A stretch of 64,000 nucleotides of DNA from Alphaproteobacteria bacterium (GCA_965214705.1 OZ243972.1:4000001-4064000), one strand, 5' to 3'. Positions 21,396-32,020 are shown, counted from the stretch's first letter. The notes: generated from the letters alone by a model not told the origin. Translations and numbers: made by a program.

Positions 21396-22024
21396 CTCGC
21401 GCGCTCACGGCGCTCCTCAAGAAATCCCCGTCGTAGTCAAGCCAGATTCCGGTATGGGGTCTGCGTACCGCTTACTCTTCAACAGGTCCGCGCGCATAGT
21501 CACGATGGTCGAGGTGCCATTGGGCGCCATGTTGATGCGTCGGATGAGCTCCTGCCGGGGCGGCTCAACCGCTGCGCTGAGCGCCACGAGGGTGTCGAAG
21601 CCAGGCGCAGCCCTGTAGTCCTCGCTTGCCGCATGGATCGCCGCCGGGTCCGGACCATAGTCTGCCGCCAGCGTTGCGAAGAAGGCACGCTTCTCCACCG
21701 GGCTCATGGCGCGATAGGCATCGGCCATGTCCCGTGCCAGAGCCGTTCCAGATGCTTCGCCCCGCGTGGAAAGCAGCGCGTCACACAGCGCCGCGGGCGA
21801 TCGCGCGCGCAACCTTCCCGTCGACGATCCGCGCCGCAGGAGCTCGCGGCCGGCATCCGCCACGGAATTGATCACCTGGTTCAACCGCGATGACCTCATG
21901 CCTCTTCAAGTTCCTCCTCGGATGGCGACGCTCGGTCTACCGTGTGGGGTGGGTTCGCCAAATCGGCATCGCACCCTGACAGGTGAAGGAATACGTGGGG
22001 GCCGACGGCGGTACGGACAAGGTT

Positions 22025-22066
22025 AAGGGTTGGGCAGGCTCTCTCTCGAGAGCCTGCCCAACCCTT
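22025..22066. repeat. Perfect 19-bp hairpin at the transposase-distal (putative oriIS) end
   Basis: AAGGGTTGGGCAGGCTCTC-TCTC-GAGAGCCTGCCCAACCCTT; also present at 57272-57313. Confidence 0.9.
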
Positions 22067-23439
22067 TTGAACGAAGCCGCGGGCCACGAGAGGCGAAGTT
22101 GAGCTATGTGGAAAGTGCGCTGATGTCAGCGTCAGGCGGCATCCACCGGCAGCAGAGTTGCGCATAAAATCGACGCTCGCGCCGGTCTTTCGGCAGGCAT
22201 GCGGGCGCACGCTGCGAGGACTGAGCGGGGTGTGAGCCGAGGGCTGTCAGCCCGGCTCAAGCGGAGACAGGTTCGGTCGTGCGTCGGCGCTTTGGCGCCG
22301 TTGCGCGGGGCCGAAGCGAGCGGGCGTCTCACGGTTTCCCCCTGTGGGTCGGCGGCAGCGCCGGCGGGCCGCGCGTCGAGCGGGGCTCATGGCGGCGGCG
22401 GATTTCGCGGACGAGGCGCATGACGCCGCCGCAGTGGGGGCAGGCCACGGGCGCGGTGCCGATCTCGGGCTCTTCGTCGGGCTCGGCCTGAGCGCCGTCC
22501 ACGCTTCCCTCGGGGGCGGCGCAGCCGAGGGCGCCGAGAGCCTGGCGTGCTCTCTCCAGCGTGCTGGCGCGGCAGCCGTTGGCGAGGATGCCGAAGTAGC
22601 GAATGCGGTGCATGCCGTCCGGCAGGACGTGCCTCAGGAAGCGGCGGATGAACTCGTCGGCGCTCACGGTGGCGATGCCGTAGCGCGGCTTTCTCTGCCC
22701 CGGCGCCTTGGGCTTTCGGTGGCGGAAGGAGACCGTCTCGCCGTCGAAGGAGACGATGCGGCTGTCGGAGATGGCGATCCTGTGCGTGTAGTGCGAGAGG
22801 TACCGGAAGACCTGCTCAGGCCCGCGGAAGGGCCGCTTGGCGTAGACCACCCAGTCCCTGGCCCGGGCGGCGGCAAGCGTGGCGTGGAACTCGCCGGGAT
22901 TGGCGAGGTGGGCGACGGTGCCGTGGAACTCCAGGTCCCCCCGGCCGTGGGCGCGGGCGAGCTCCTCGAGGAAGAGGCGGCGGAACAGGCTGCCGAGGAC
23001 CTTGACGGGGGCGAGGAAGGTGGTGCTCCCCGTCTTCCACTCGCCACTGTCTACGTCGAAGCCCGCGTTGGGCACGACCACGTGCAGGTGCGGGTGGAAG
23101 CGGAGCTTCTGATCCCAGGTATGGAGGACCGCGGTGCCGCCGATGCGCATGCCGCCGTGGCGGGGATCGGCGGCGATGGTGCGCAGGGTCTCGGCGACGG
23201 CCCGGAAGAGGATGTCGAACACCACCCTGCGGTTGCAGAAGGCAATGGCGGCAACCTCCTTGGGCAGGGTGAAGACCACATGGAAGTAGGGCACCGGCAG
23301 GATGTCCCCGGCGCGCTCCTCGCTCCAGAGGTTGGCGGCGAGACCCTGGCAGGTGGGGCAGTGGCGGTTGCGGCAGGAGTTCTTATGAGCTCTCTCCGCA
23401 AGGCCCGGCTTCATCTACGTCAATGGCATTCGCAATCTC

Positions 23440-23700
23440 TCCACTCGAATCCGCGGCCGATGTCCAGGCAGAACGTCGTTTCCACGCAGCGATCCGCCAC
23501 GCTGCTCAGCTCTTATCCGGTTCGGAACTCCGGCGCTTGCCGGCTCCGTGACCCCAATACCGCATCCAAGCGGTGGTGACGTTCCGGGAGGCGGGACCCA
23601 TCTGTAGAACGGTGCCAAGCGGCGACCCAACTCTTGCCCGGTCACACGCCTTGCCCGGCATCCTCCGCGGCCGCGTCCGACCACGTCGGAACCTCCTGTA
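23440..23700 (-). ncRNA. Candidate seekRNA/bridge RNA of IS1111 copy A
   Basis: RNA-strand GAGTTG and CCGTTCT match the target flanks; GGTAT and ATAAGAG match the circle junction (see findings). Ends are approximate. Confidence 0.65.
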
Positions 23701-23726
23701 TTTTCCCGTTCGTTCGGCCGGTGCCC

Positions 23727-24923
23727 TCAGGAGACGATGGCGCCCTCAGGCACCAGTCCTTGGGTGGCATAGCGCCACAGCGCGATCAGCAGCTTGCGCG
23801 CGACCCCCACGATCGCCCGCTTCCTCGCTCGCCGGTCCCTCCCGCCACCGGCATCCCTGGCGACGTAGGCGTGGAACCACTTCGTGATCGCGCTTTCCGG
23901 TTGCAGCTTCAGCCAGCGCCAAGCCATCTGGATCATGTGCTTCCTGACATGCGAGGGGCCGGCCTTGCTGATGCCAAGATCGTGGTCGACATCTCCGCTC
24001 GCCCACGGCACCGACGTCAACCCGGCCCAGCTGCCCAACTCCCGGCGATTGCGGAAGTCCCGATAGAACACCTCGCCAGCCAGCAGTGTGGCGTCATTGA
24101 GGCCGATGCCATGGATGCGCGTAAGCGCCGCGATCATCGCCGTCCCGTCACGATTGGTCGCGTCCTGGGCTTTCCGGCCAGCCTTCAGCAGGGCCCTCTT
24201 CTCGGCCTCGATCATCTCGATATGCTCCTCAACCAGGCGAAGCATCCCCACCGCCCTCTCAATCTCTGCCCGCGCACGCGGCGGCAACGGCGCCCCATAG
24301 CCCGTCCGCGCGGTCGCGAGGCGTTCGAGGAAGTCCGGCTTGCGCGGCGCCAGATCGAAGATGCCGTGCAACTGCAAGAGCCCTTTGATCCGGTTGTTGA
24401 CGCGGGTACGCTCGCTGATCAGCGTGTCCCTCTCGCGCAGCAGGCGCTTGGCATCCTCCTGGTCCACATCGGGCACGCGCACCCAGGACATGGCCTCCGA
24501 ATCGCCTTGGTCCCATGCCTTCAGAGCCCGAACCATCCTCCTCGCGTCGATACGGTCGGTCTTTTTCTTCTTGGCGCGCCGGTTCACCCGCAGGCTCGCC
24601 GGATCGTTCATGAAGATATCGATCTCCGCGTCACGGCGCTCGATATCGCGGGCAAGCCAGAACCCCTCGTAGCCCGCCTCGTAGGTCAGCATCACCCGAG
24701 GACGGGCGCCGAGCTCCCTCGCCACCCGTTCCCGCACCGACCCGACGAGATCCAACAGTCCCGCCGTGTCGGCAGCAGCCAGTGTGTGGATGCTGATGCT
24801 GCCACCCGAGGCATCCGGGCAATGCACGCCAACGATCCACGATTTGAGGCTGATCTCCACCGCGACATAAATCGTGCTACTACTTGCGCCTGTCAGCGCG
24901 GTCGTGTCTGGACCATCCGACAT
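23727..24923 (-). CDS. IS110-family recombinase (IS1111 subgroup)
   Basis: YVAVEIS, YEAGYEGFWL, KTDRIDA, GLTSVPWASG, ISKAG, ARKL. Confidence 0.92.
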   Translation of the reverse strand: MSDGPDTTALTGASSSTIYVAVEISLKSWIVGVHCPDASGGSISIHTLAAADTAGLLDLVGSVRERVARELGARPRVMLTYEAGYEGFWLARDIERRDAEIDIFMNDPASLRVNRRAKKKKTDRIDARRMVRALKAWDQGDSEAMSWVRVPDVDQEDAKRLLRERDTLISERTRVNNRIKGLLQLHGIFDLAPRKPDFLERLATARTGYGAPLPPRARAEIERAVGMLRLVEEHIEMIEAEKRALLKAGRKAQDATNRDGTAMIAALTRIHGIGLNDATLLAGEVFYRDFRNRRELGSWAGLTSVPWASGDVDHDLGISKAGPSHVRKHMIQMAWRWLKLQPESAITKWFHAYVARDAGGGRDRRARKRAIVGVARKLLIALWRYATQGLVPEGAIVS

Positions 24924-25845
24924 CCGTCCACTCCGTTGTTGACGATTCCGCTCGGAGAGAAGGTGCTGGCCTTCTCTCCGAGCTTGTCTAACCGCCAGAA
25001 TCGATTCGGTGCCACCGTGCTCATGGTATCTGAAGAGCGGAGTGCGCCAGGCGAACTGGTGCGAGTGCAGTTGGTGAAAGTCCAACAGGAAGGAGAAGGT
25101 GAGCCACCACTTCCACCCCGAGTCATGGGCCGTCGCTCGCGAGGGCGAGGGTCAAGCGTTGACAGGGGCGCGTGTGGGCGGGGCTATTGAGCACCGAAAG
25201 AAACATCATCCGGGATGCCGAGGCTCTTTCGTTGGCCGAAGGTCGCATCTGGCCCACCGATATGGCGAGGGGGGTCTGAATCCCGCGGTGTCAGAGAACC
25301 CACGCACGTACGTACGCACTGCACCGGGACCTGGGAGGTCTCCATGTCATCCCGCTGAGTCGTGGCGGGAACGCTGAGGAAAGGAGGAGTCCGTAACCGA
25401 AGATGAACGACATGGAGAAATCAGACTCGGCCATAGTGTGTGCTGGGCAGCGCCCAGATCAGGTGGGTTCAAGTCCCACTGGCGCTCGGGTAAGGGGCGC
25501 CATATCCAAAAGTGGGGGTAATTCCTCACTGGCCGGAGTGAGCCGATAAGCGAAACTCTAAACGGGCACGAAGCCGGAAACGGCGGAGACAGCCAAGGGA
25601 GGAGCTAAGTTGGTCCACTGTCGAAAGACAACCGGAAGGCAGGGTGTCCACCGCGAGGTGGAATCTGAAGGGCTTGCGGAGAAGTACCGGGCCGTAATCG
25701 AGGGGGCCACCCCATGATGAATCGGTCGGCCAAAGACGGGGCAAGGTCGAGCCGGCACTATGGCGGCGAAGGCGTTCTTACCCACCCGTCGCACCAAGGT
25801 GTTTGCGAGCGGCACGGTACGGAAGATCTGGACGTGACCCCAGGA

Positions 25846-27532
25846 GGGTGTGATTCTCGTATGGCGATATGCCAGTCGTGATGGCGCTAAAGGATATGGG
25901 CTGGTTCATTTTGGTCAAGCAGCGAGTGCCAGGACTTCGGTTGGGCTGATGTTGTCGTTAGCTGGTCCGGATCGGGCGTCCATGAGCGCATCCCATGCCC
26001 GGTCGAAGAGGCCGGATTTGATCAGGGCGCGGAAGGTCAGAACCGCCTGCCCGCCGTCGATCCGCCAGCGCATGCCCGAGCGTTTCAAGCGCTGCGCGAC
26101 GAGGGTCTTGCAGGCCGCCTCGACCACACCCGAGCCGATGGCGATGCCCTCTTCCTTCAGGGCGTGGTAGCGCATCCGATGGCGGTGCTTTCGGAAGAAG
26201 GCCAGTTCGCGCTCGATCTCGGCCGGGTCCCCCTTTGCCCTGTCCAGGAGGTAGCGCAGTGCCCGGATCACCTTGTCGACGCCGCGGGGGTCGTGGCGCA
26301 GGATTTCGCGGTGCTTCTCGAACCAGTGGCGCGCCACCGCATGGTCAGAGGCCACGCGGAGATGCTCGCAAGCGTGCCAGAAGTCGATGACCTCGGTCTC
26401 GGGCGAGAGGCTTTCGAGGAAGGTCCAGTTGTCGGCGGCCCCGTCGGCGACGGCGCCGATCCTGATCTTCGGGCTCACACGGCGGATATGGGCGACCTCG
26501 CTTGCAAGTTGCGCTTTCAGCGCGGCCTTGCCGCTCTCGGGCATACGGCCGAGATAGAGGGTCTTCAGCCGTTGGCCCTCGGCGTCGTGGAAGGAGACCG
26601 TGCCGCAAGAGGCCTCGCGCCAGCACGCCTCGGCACGGCCGTCCTCGCCGGCCCGCAGCGCCACCATGACGCCGTCAAGGGAGACGGACGCGGTGACCGC
26701 ATCGGGCGGTATGCCCTGGGTTTCACGGATGCTGGCCAGCGTCTCCGGGGCGACGCTCTCCCAGTGCTCATGCATGCTCAGGGCCAGGCGCTGCAGCGTG
26801 CTCACCGACGGCGTCATTCCGCCCATTTTCGCGAAGAACTCCTCCGCTTCACGCGGCGTACAGTGGCCCATCATCATCAGCCCGAGCTGCGCCGCCGGCC
26901 GCGTCAGGTAGTCGTCGATGAGGCCCAGGCTCTCGTCCACCGGCACCAGCGACGTGCTGCTCGCGCCGCTGCGATAGCGCGCACGCCGATAGGTCACGGG
27001 ACCGAGCGTCGTCATGATCGTCTTCGGCGTCGCCGCCACCCGGACCCAGCTCTGTCCGTCGCGCTCGATCCGGCTCGCACCGTCGTCGCGGCTCTCGGCG
27101 AAGGCCCCAAGGAGCTTGCAACCCAAGCCGTTCATGGCGTCCCGCAGCCCCGTCTCAACCGTTTCGAACGTCTCGGCAGACGGGTCAGACCCAGCCTGTT
27201 CGCGACAGAACTCCACCACCTGGGCGACCGCTTCGGCGACTTCGGCAGGCAGGCCCAAAAGGTCGATGGACGAGGCGATGAGAGACTGCGACACTGGCAT
27301 GGGAACGCTCCTGATGTTGGGTCTGATGTTGGGTTGTCGGCGCGGCATCCTACCGCATCTCGCGGTGCGGAGCGTTCCCACCCACCACTGCTGGATGCCG
27401 CCGTTGTGACAAAATCCGGCCCTGCACCGGCCGATTGTCACGAAAACCCGATTCTGGCTGCCTACGGCCACCCGCCAATCGCGCTAAATCAATGACTTAC
27501 GATCGCCATGCCAGACCTCCAGACCTACACCC
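25846..27532 (-). mobile_element. ISKra4-family element inside the inner intron RNA
   Basis: Ends GGGTGT / ACACCC; 8-bp TSD CCCCAGGA (25838-25845, 27533-27540). Confidence 0.88.
25915..27300 (-). CDS. ISKra4-family transposase
   Basis: SLDG, ADGAADNW, DFWHACEHL, IGSGVVEAACK..RLKRSGMRW. Confidence 0.88.
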   Translation of the reverse strand: MPVSQSLIASSIDLLGLPAEVAEAVAQVVEFCREQAGSDPSAETFETVETGLRDAMNGLGCKLLGAFAESRDDGASRIERDGQSWVRVAATPKTIMTTLGPVTYRRARYRSGASSTSLVPVDESLGLIDDYLTRPAAQLGLMMMGHCTPREAEEFFAKMGGMTPSVSTLQRLALSMHEHWESVAPETLASIRETQGIPPDAVTASVSLDGVMVALRAGEDGRAEACWREASCGTVSFHDAEGQRLKTLYLGRMPESGKAALKAQLASEVAHIRRVSPKIRIGAVADGAADNWTFLESLSPETEVIDFWHACEHLRVASDHAVARHWFEKHREILRHDPRGVDKVIRALRYLLDRAKGDPAEIERELAFFRKHRHRMRYHALKEEGIAIGSGVVEAACKTLVAQRLKRSGMRWRIDGGQAVLTFRALIKSGLFDRAWDALMDARSGPANDNISPTEVLALAA

Positions 27533-27611
27533 CCCCAGGAGGGCTCGCCGCGTTCCCGGGTGGCACCGGGATAACGGACCCTATAAGCCGAAAGGCGAAA
27601 TGGGAAGGGGA

Positions 27612-27794
27612 TTATATATCTGACTGAATGACGGGCTGATCCATGATGCCGGATGGCTCCGCCTCAGCCTCCCCGTCTTCGGCCTGTGGCTCGTGCCGCA
27701 ACAGCGCGCGGGCCACCATTTCAGGAGTCGCCCCCTCGTAGCGGGGGTTGAGCGTCTCCAACTCGTGTTTCAGCTTTTCAGCCTTCTCGGTCAT
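27612..27794 (-). CDS. 60-aa conserved IS1595-associated microprotein
   Basis: PRYEGATPEMVARALLR resembles the ORF at 58686-58847; stop codon lies inside the IR. Confidence 0.65.
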   Translation of the reverse strand: MTEKAEKLKHELETLNPRYEGATPEMVARALLRHEPQAEDGEAEAEPSGIMDQPVIQSDI

Positions 27795-28210
27795 TGCGTT
27801 GCCTTCATTCCCGGTGGCGAGGGGGGGGCGATACTATATTGCATATTATCGCCCCCTCTGTCACCATGCCCGCGCTCACATCTGAGAAGCCCGCTTCGTC
27901 GGGCTACTCGCTGAATACAACAGCCCTTGTGTGGCTCGGGGTCGCTCCCCGGACCGGCGAATAGGCGGGACCTTCCAACGCTTCTTGGATGTGAGCAAAC
28001 GGCCCGGCACCCCGTCGGGCCGCGAGCAGAGGGCAGGCTACGCTATAAGAGATCGCCCCATCGGCTGGGGACGGGTGGTGCCCCGTCCCCAGCCTACCAC
28101 GGGGCTTGGTGTTGGCTTCGGAGAGCGCACCAAACCGCACGGCAATGACAGTCTATTACCGATCCCAAGCCGTACAAGAGGTGCCTCTCCGACGATTTTA
28201 GGAGAGCGCT

Positions 28211-28582
28211 ATGCACACTTGGTATGCCTCTTTGGCGGCAGCGGCCATGATGCTCGCCGCTGTCGCCACCACTCACGCGCGGGCAGATATCGTATGCCCA
28301 AAGGGCAGCCTGCACGACTTCGTTCCAAACGCGGTCTGGCAACAGTACGTCGCCAACAGCCGGGACTATATCGCTCGGATGCTCCGAAGGATGGAGGATG
28401 TCCGAGACCGCCAGATGGTCATGGAGCGGATGTTCGAGGAGGGCTTCATCGCCGCCACGGACATCGTGAACGCTCACTGCGTCTCGCGGCCGATTGGCGA
28501 GCCATGGAGCACAGAGATCAAGCAGAAGCGGCGCGAGGCTTGGTGCCGAGAATGGGGTGATGCCTATTTCTGCAAGAGGTGA
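28211..28582 (+). CDS. Hypothetical secreted protein (passenger)
   Basis: RBS AGGAG, Ala-rich signal peptide ending THARA, four Cys; overlaps the next gene (GTGA). Confidence 0.65.
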   Translation: MHTWYASLAAAAMMLAAVATTHARADIVCPKGSLHDFVPNAVWQQYVANSRDYIARMLRRMEDVRDRQMVMERMFEEGFIAATDIVNAHCVSRPIGEPWSTEIKQKRREAWCREWGDAYFCKR

Positions 28583-29361
28583 TCGCAAGAATCACCGTGC
28601 TTCCGATCTACGTCATCAACCTCGACCGCAGGCCGGATCGGCTCGCGGCAATCGCGGCGGACCTGGACCGGCTCGGCCTACCCTTCGAGCGCATCAAGGC
28701 CGTCGACGGCCAAGAGCTACAGGAAGATCTGGGCCCGGAGCCGCTTCTGAACCTGGCTGAGAAAGCGTGCGTGCTGAGCCATGCGAACGCGCTGCGGCAC
28801 CTCCTCCATTCAGAACACCCAGCGGCCGTGATCCTCGAGGATGACGCTGAGTTCGGAGAGGGGCTTGCGCAACTCTCCCGCTCGATCGACTGGTGGCCGG
28901 AAGGCACCTTGCTGCTGAAGCTGGACCAACCGTTCCCGAGAAAGCGGCTCGTCGGCCTGCCGTGTGGACGAACGCCGGACGGCCGCAACCTGAGAGAGAA
29001 CATCCGGTGGAGCTCAGGGTCGGTGGGCTACATCGCTACTCGCGCCGCTGCCGGCGAGATACTGGTGTCCCTCGAGACAGACAGCATCATGCCCTTCGAC
29101 GAACTGATGTTCGACTGCCGCATATCAGACCTAGCGCGCTGGCTCCGTGCAATGCAAGTCCAGCCCGCGCCTGTCCGGCAACGGGACCGCGGGAGACCGG
29201 ATGAATTCCCCTCGGATTTGGAGGACAGCCGCCAGACACCGGAGTCATTGAGTTATCGCCACCGCCGTCGACAGCGGCGCCGATTTCACCGTCGTCTGTA
29301 TCTCTGGATGTTGTGGGCAATCGGCAATGCGAAGAGCATGAAGATCACCTACTGCCCGTAA
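28579..29361 (+). CDS. Glycosyltransferase family 25 (LPS/LOS-type)
   Basis: YVINLDRRPDR, FERIKAVDG, ACVLSH, ILEDDA. Confidence 0.9.
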   Translation: MIARITVLPIYVINLDRRPDRLAAIAADLDRLGLPFERIKAVDGQELQEDLGPEPLLNLAEKACVLSHANALRHLLHSEHPAAVILEDDAEFGEGLAQLSRSIDWWPEGTLLLKLDQPFPRKRLVGLPCGRTPDGRNLRENIRWSSGSVGYIATRAAAGEILVSLETDSIMPFDELMFDCRISDLARWLRAMQVQPAPVRQRDRGRPDEFPSDLEDSRQTPESLSYRHRRRQRRRFHRRLYLWMLWAIGNAKSMKITYCP

Positions 29362-29601
29362 TCGCAGATTCAAACTGACCCACTACCCGCGATTGACGAC
29401 TGACCGGGTTTAGGCTATCCGCGGGCTCGTGGCCGTGACGAATCGCGGTGGCCTCGACTGACGAAGCCGGCCCTGGCGGGACCGGCTTCGGAACTGGGGT
29501 CCGGTGTAGACCTACCGAGGCGCACCGAACTGGCTCATCTGAGGTGGAAATCCTAGCGATTCCCGCGAGCCGGTCAAGTGCGCCCTCAAGAAGAGGGCAC
29601 A

Positions 29602-29826
29602 ATGCCGAAGAAATATCCGACCGGCTTCGATCTCAGCAAACGCTCATCCCGTTCTCGCAAATCGCGGAAGCCCGACCAACCTTCGATCAAGTATGGTGAT
29701 GTTGTCCGGCAGCGCCCGAATGGGCTGCCACTGCAAGTCACCGATGTGGAGGGCGATAAGGTCTACTGCGACGGGTTCATTGACCCGTTCGGGGCATCCG
29801 GCCTTGAAGTTGTGATCCGCTTCTAG
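29602..29826 (+). CDS. Small hypothetical protein (YodC/DUF2158-like fold possible)
   Basis: IKYGDVVRQRPNGLPLQVTDVEGDKVYC pattern; RBS AAGAGG. Confidence 0.5.
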   Translation: MPKKYPTGFDLSKRSSRSRKSRKPDQPSIKYGDVVRQRPNGLPLQVTDVEGDKVYCDGFIDPFGASGLEVVIRF

Positions 29827-31044
29827 TGTCCTGTCATTCATCAACTGTCGGATAGAGGCGTTTCAGCTTCACCCGTGCGTCGTCCGTGGTGAACTGCCAG
29901 TTGACGTTGCCCCGGATGCGGTCTCGGGACGCCTGCCAAGCCGCGACCTCGTCGCGCAGGACTTCGAGGGAGGCGATGCGGCGGTTGAGACACTGACGGA
30001 TCATGACGTTGAGCTCGACCTCGGCGACGTTGAGCCAACTGCCGTGCTTGGGCGTGTAGACGAACTCGAAGCGGTCCCACAGCGCCTTGGCCTGGTCCGG
30101 CGGAAATGCCTCGTAGAGGGCGCCGGGGCGGTGGGTGTTCAGGTTGTCCATCACAAGCGTGATCCTCTTGGCGCGGGGGTGGCGCTCGGCGATGTCGTTG
30201 AGGAAGTGCGCCCAGTCGGTTTTGGTTCTGCGCGCCGTCACCTTGGTCATACGCCGCCCGGCCAGGGGTTCGGTCGCCATGAACACGTTGCAGCTTCCGC
30301 AACGTCGGTACTCGTAGTCTTCGCGCGCCGGCCGACCCGGCGCTGCCGGAACCGGTTCGCGTGTCTCGCCGATCAGTTGCCGGGGCGTCTCGTCCATGCA
30401 CACCACCGGAAAGGCTGCATCGTAGGGACGCCGGTAGACGTCGAGAACCTTCTCCATCGCCGCGGCGAAGTCCGCGTTGCCCTGTGGGGGAATCACCCAG
30501 CCGACGCGCCGCCACGGCTTGATTGCGTTTTTTTTAGCACCCGGCGCACCGTCTCGTGCGACACGCTGTCGATGTGGCCGAGTTCCACGATGCGGTCCGC
30601 CAGCAACCGCAGCGACCACTGCGAGTGGCCCTCCGGCGGCTCGGCGCAGCTCAGCGCCACCAAGTGCGCCTCGAACTCGCCGTCGGCCTTGCGCACGTAG
30701 CTGGGACGGCGACCCTGCCGGCCACCGAGCGCCGCCGCCATGCCCGCCTCGACGAAACGCTTCTTGACCCGCTCCACCTTGCGCGCACTGATGCGCAGGA
30801 TCTCCGCAATGGCCTCCCCGTGCGCCCGGTGCTCGTTGAACTCGCCTTCGTCGCAGTTGAGCAGGATCAGCGCGTTGATCACCTTCTGTGACTGATGAGA
30901 GCCCTTGCGCGTGATCTCTGCGAGCTCGTCCCGCTCCTCCTTCTCCAAAGTCACCACGTAACGCTTCATGCCAGCCTCCTCGCCGTCGTGCGACGACGAG
31001 AAAGCTATCATGAAATGGGCGACATATCGTATGTGACATGACAC
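29826..31044 (-). mobile_element. IS630-family element inside the IS1595
   Basis: IR GTGTCCTGTCA / TGACATGACAC; TA duplication within CTAG. Confidence 0.92.
29834..30969 (-). CDS. IS630 transposase, programmed -1 frameshift
   Basis: orfA MKRYVVTL...VSHETVRRVLKK; A8 run at 30528-30535; orfB CMDETP, MDNLNTH, TPKHGSWLNVAE. Confidence 0.9.
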
Positions 31045-32020
31045 TAGGACCGCGCGCCTGAGTCCAGTCCGTTGTCGGCGATCAGGTCACGGTAGCACAG
31101 GCGCTTGCCGATCATCCCGGCGACCACCGCGCCCATCTGGTCGATGGTGTCGCTCTCGCGCACGTTGTGGCGGCCCGCGAACTCTTGGACGTACCGTTGC
31201 AGGTGCTTCGCGCTCAGCTTGTGGTAGACGCCCTTGTGCGCCCGCTTGAGCATGGACCAAAACGACTCCATGCCATTGACGTGGGCTTGGTTGCGGACAT
31301 ACTCGCCAGCACTGTGGTTCACGGCCTCGCGGTCGAACTCGCCTTCCAGCGGGTTGTAGGCTGCGCTTTCGTCCGTATAGACCTTCGCGCCCGGCTCGGT
31401 CTTCTCTGCGACGAAGCCCGCGACATGCGGGGCATCCGTGTTCTGAATGTGCCGCACCGCGACGCGGTTGGTGGCGCGGTCCTTGGTGCCGACCACGGCC
31501 TCTTTGCCGACTGCACCGCGCCCGCTCAGCGTCTTCCGCTTGGCCTTCGACATGTTCGCGCGCCGCCCACCCACGTATGTCTCATCGGCCTCGACCGGCC
31601 CCGAGAATAGCGATTCGCTCTCGGCGGACCAAGCCTCCCTGATCCGATGCAGCATGAACCAAGCGGTCTTCTGCGTCACCCGCAGGTCGCGATGCAGCTT
31701 CATCGACGACACGCCCTTGAGGCTGGTCATCTCCAGGTAGATGGCGAAAACCCACTTGCGCAGCGGAACCTTGGAGCGCTCCAAGGCCGTGCCGATCCGC
31801 ACCGAGAAGGCCCGCTTGCAGGCCGGGCAGTAGTAGGGCAGGCCGGACGTGGCGGACGCTTCCGCAGTCTCGGTGCATCCGCAGCGCGGGCAATGGCGAC
31901 CATCCGGCCAGACCAGAGACTCGAACCACGTGGCGGCGGAAGCCTCGTCCGGGAACATCTCGGTCAACTCGATCAGGCTGATTCCCTCGCGGTGCGCTTT
32001 GCCCGGTGCCTTCTTCGCCA
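31044..32020 (-). CDS. IS1595-family transposase
   Basis: CPRC/CPAC zinc ribbon, AWFMLHRIR, VEADETYVGG, YTDE, HVNGMESFW. Confidence 0.94.

Larger units (their letters stand above)
18724..21475 (+). mobile_element. IS66-family element
   Basis: IRs GTAAGCGGTA / TACCGCTTAC; 8-bp TSD TCTTCAAC (18716-18723, 21476-21483); three-gene layout. Confidence 0.95.
17823..21899 (-). pseudogene. Malonyl-CoA decarboxylase, split by IS66
   Basis: RGEASG, EPPRQELIRRIN (21899-21476) joins WFNRGFL, YEAVQ, DRRCFAFFHP, GISFGNFLIK, TLSP, DPVARFHLRNGA (18723-17823). Confidence 0.92.
23382..25031 (-). mobile_element. IS1111-subgroup (IS110 family) element, copy A
   Basis: Subterminal IR ATGAGC/GCTCAT located 7 nt and 3 nt from the ends, about 340-nt 3' non-coding region, no TSD; removal restores EHPLF-NSCRNRHC. 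Confidence 0.88.

Noticed and set aside
22025-22070. Hairpin as a simple rho-independent terminator
   Set aside because: It may terminate transcription, but its position at the element tip in both copies fits an IS91 end structure better.
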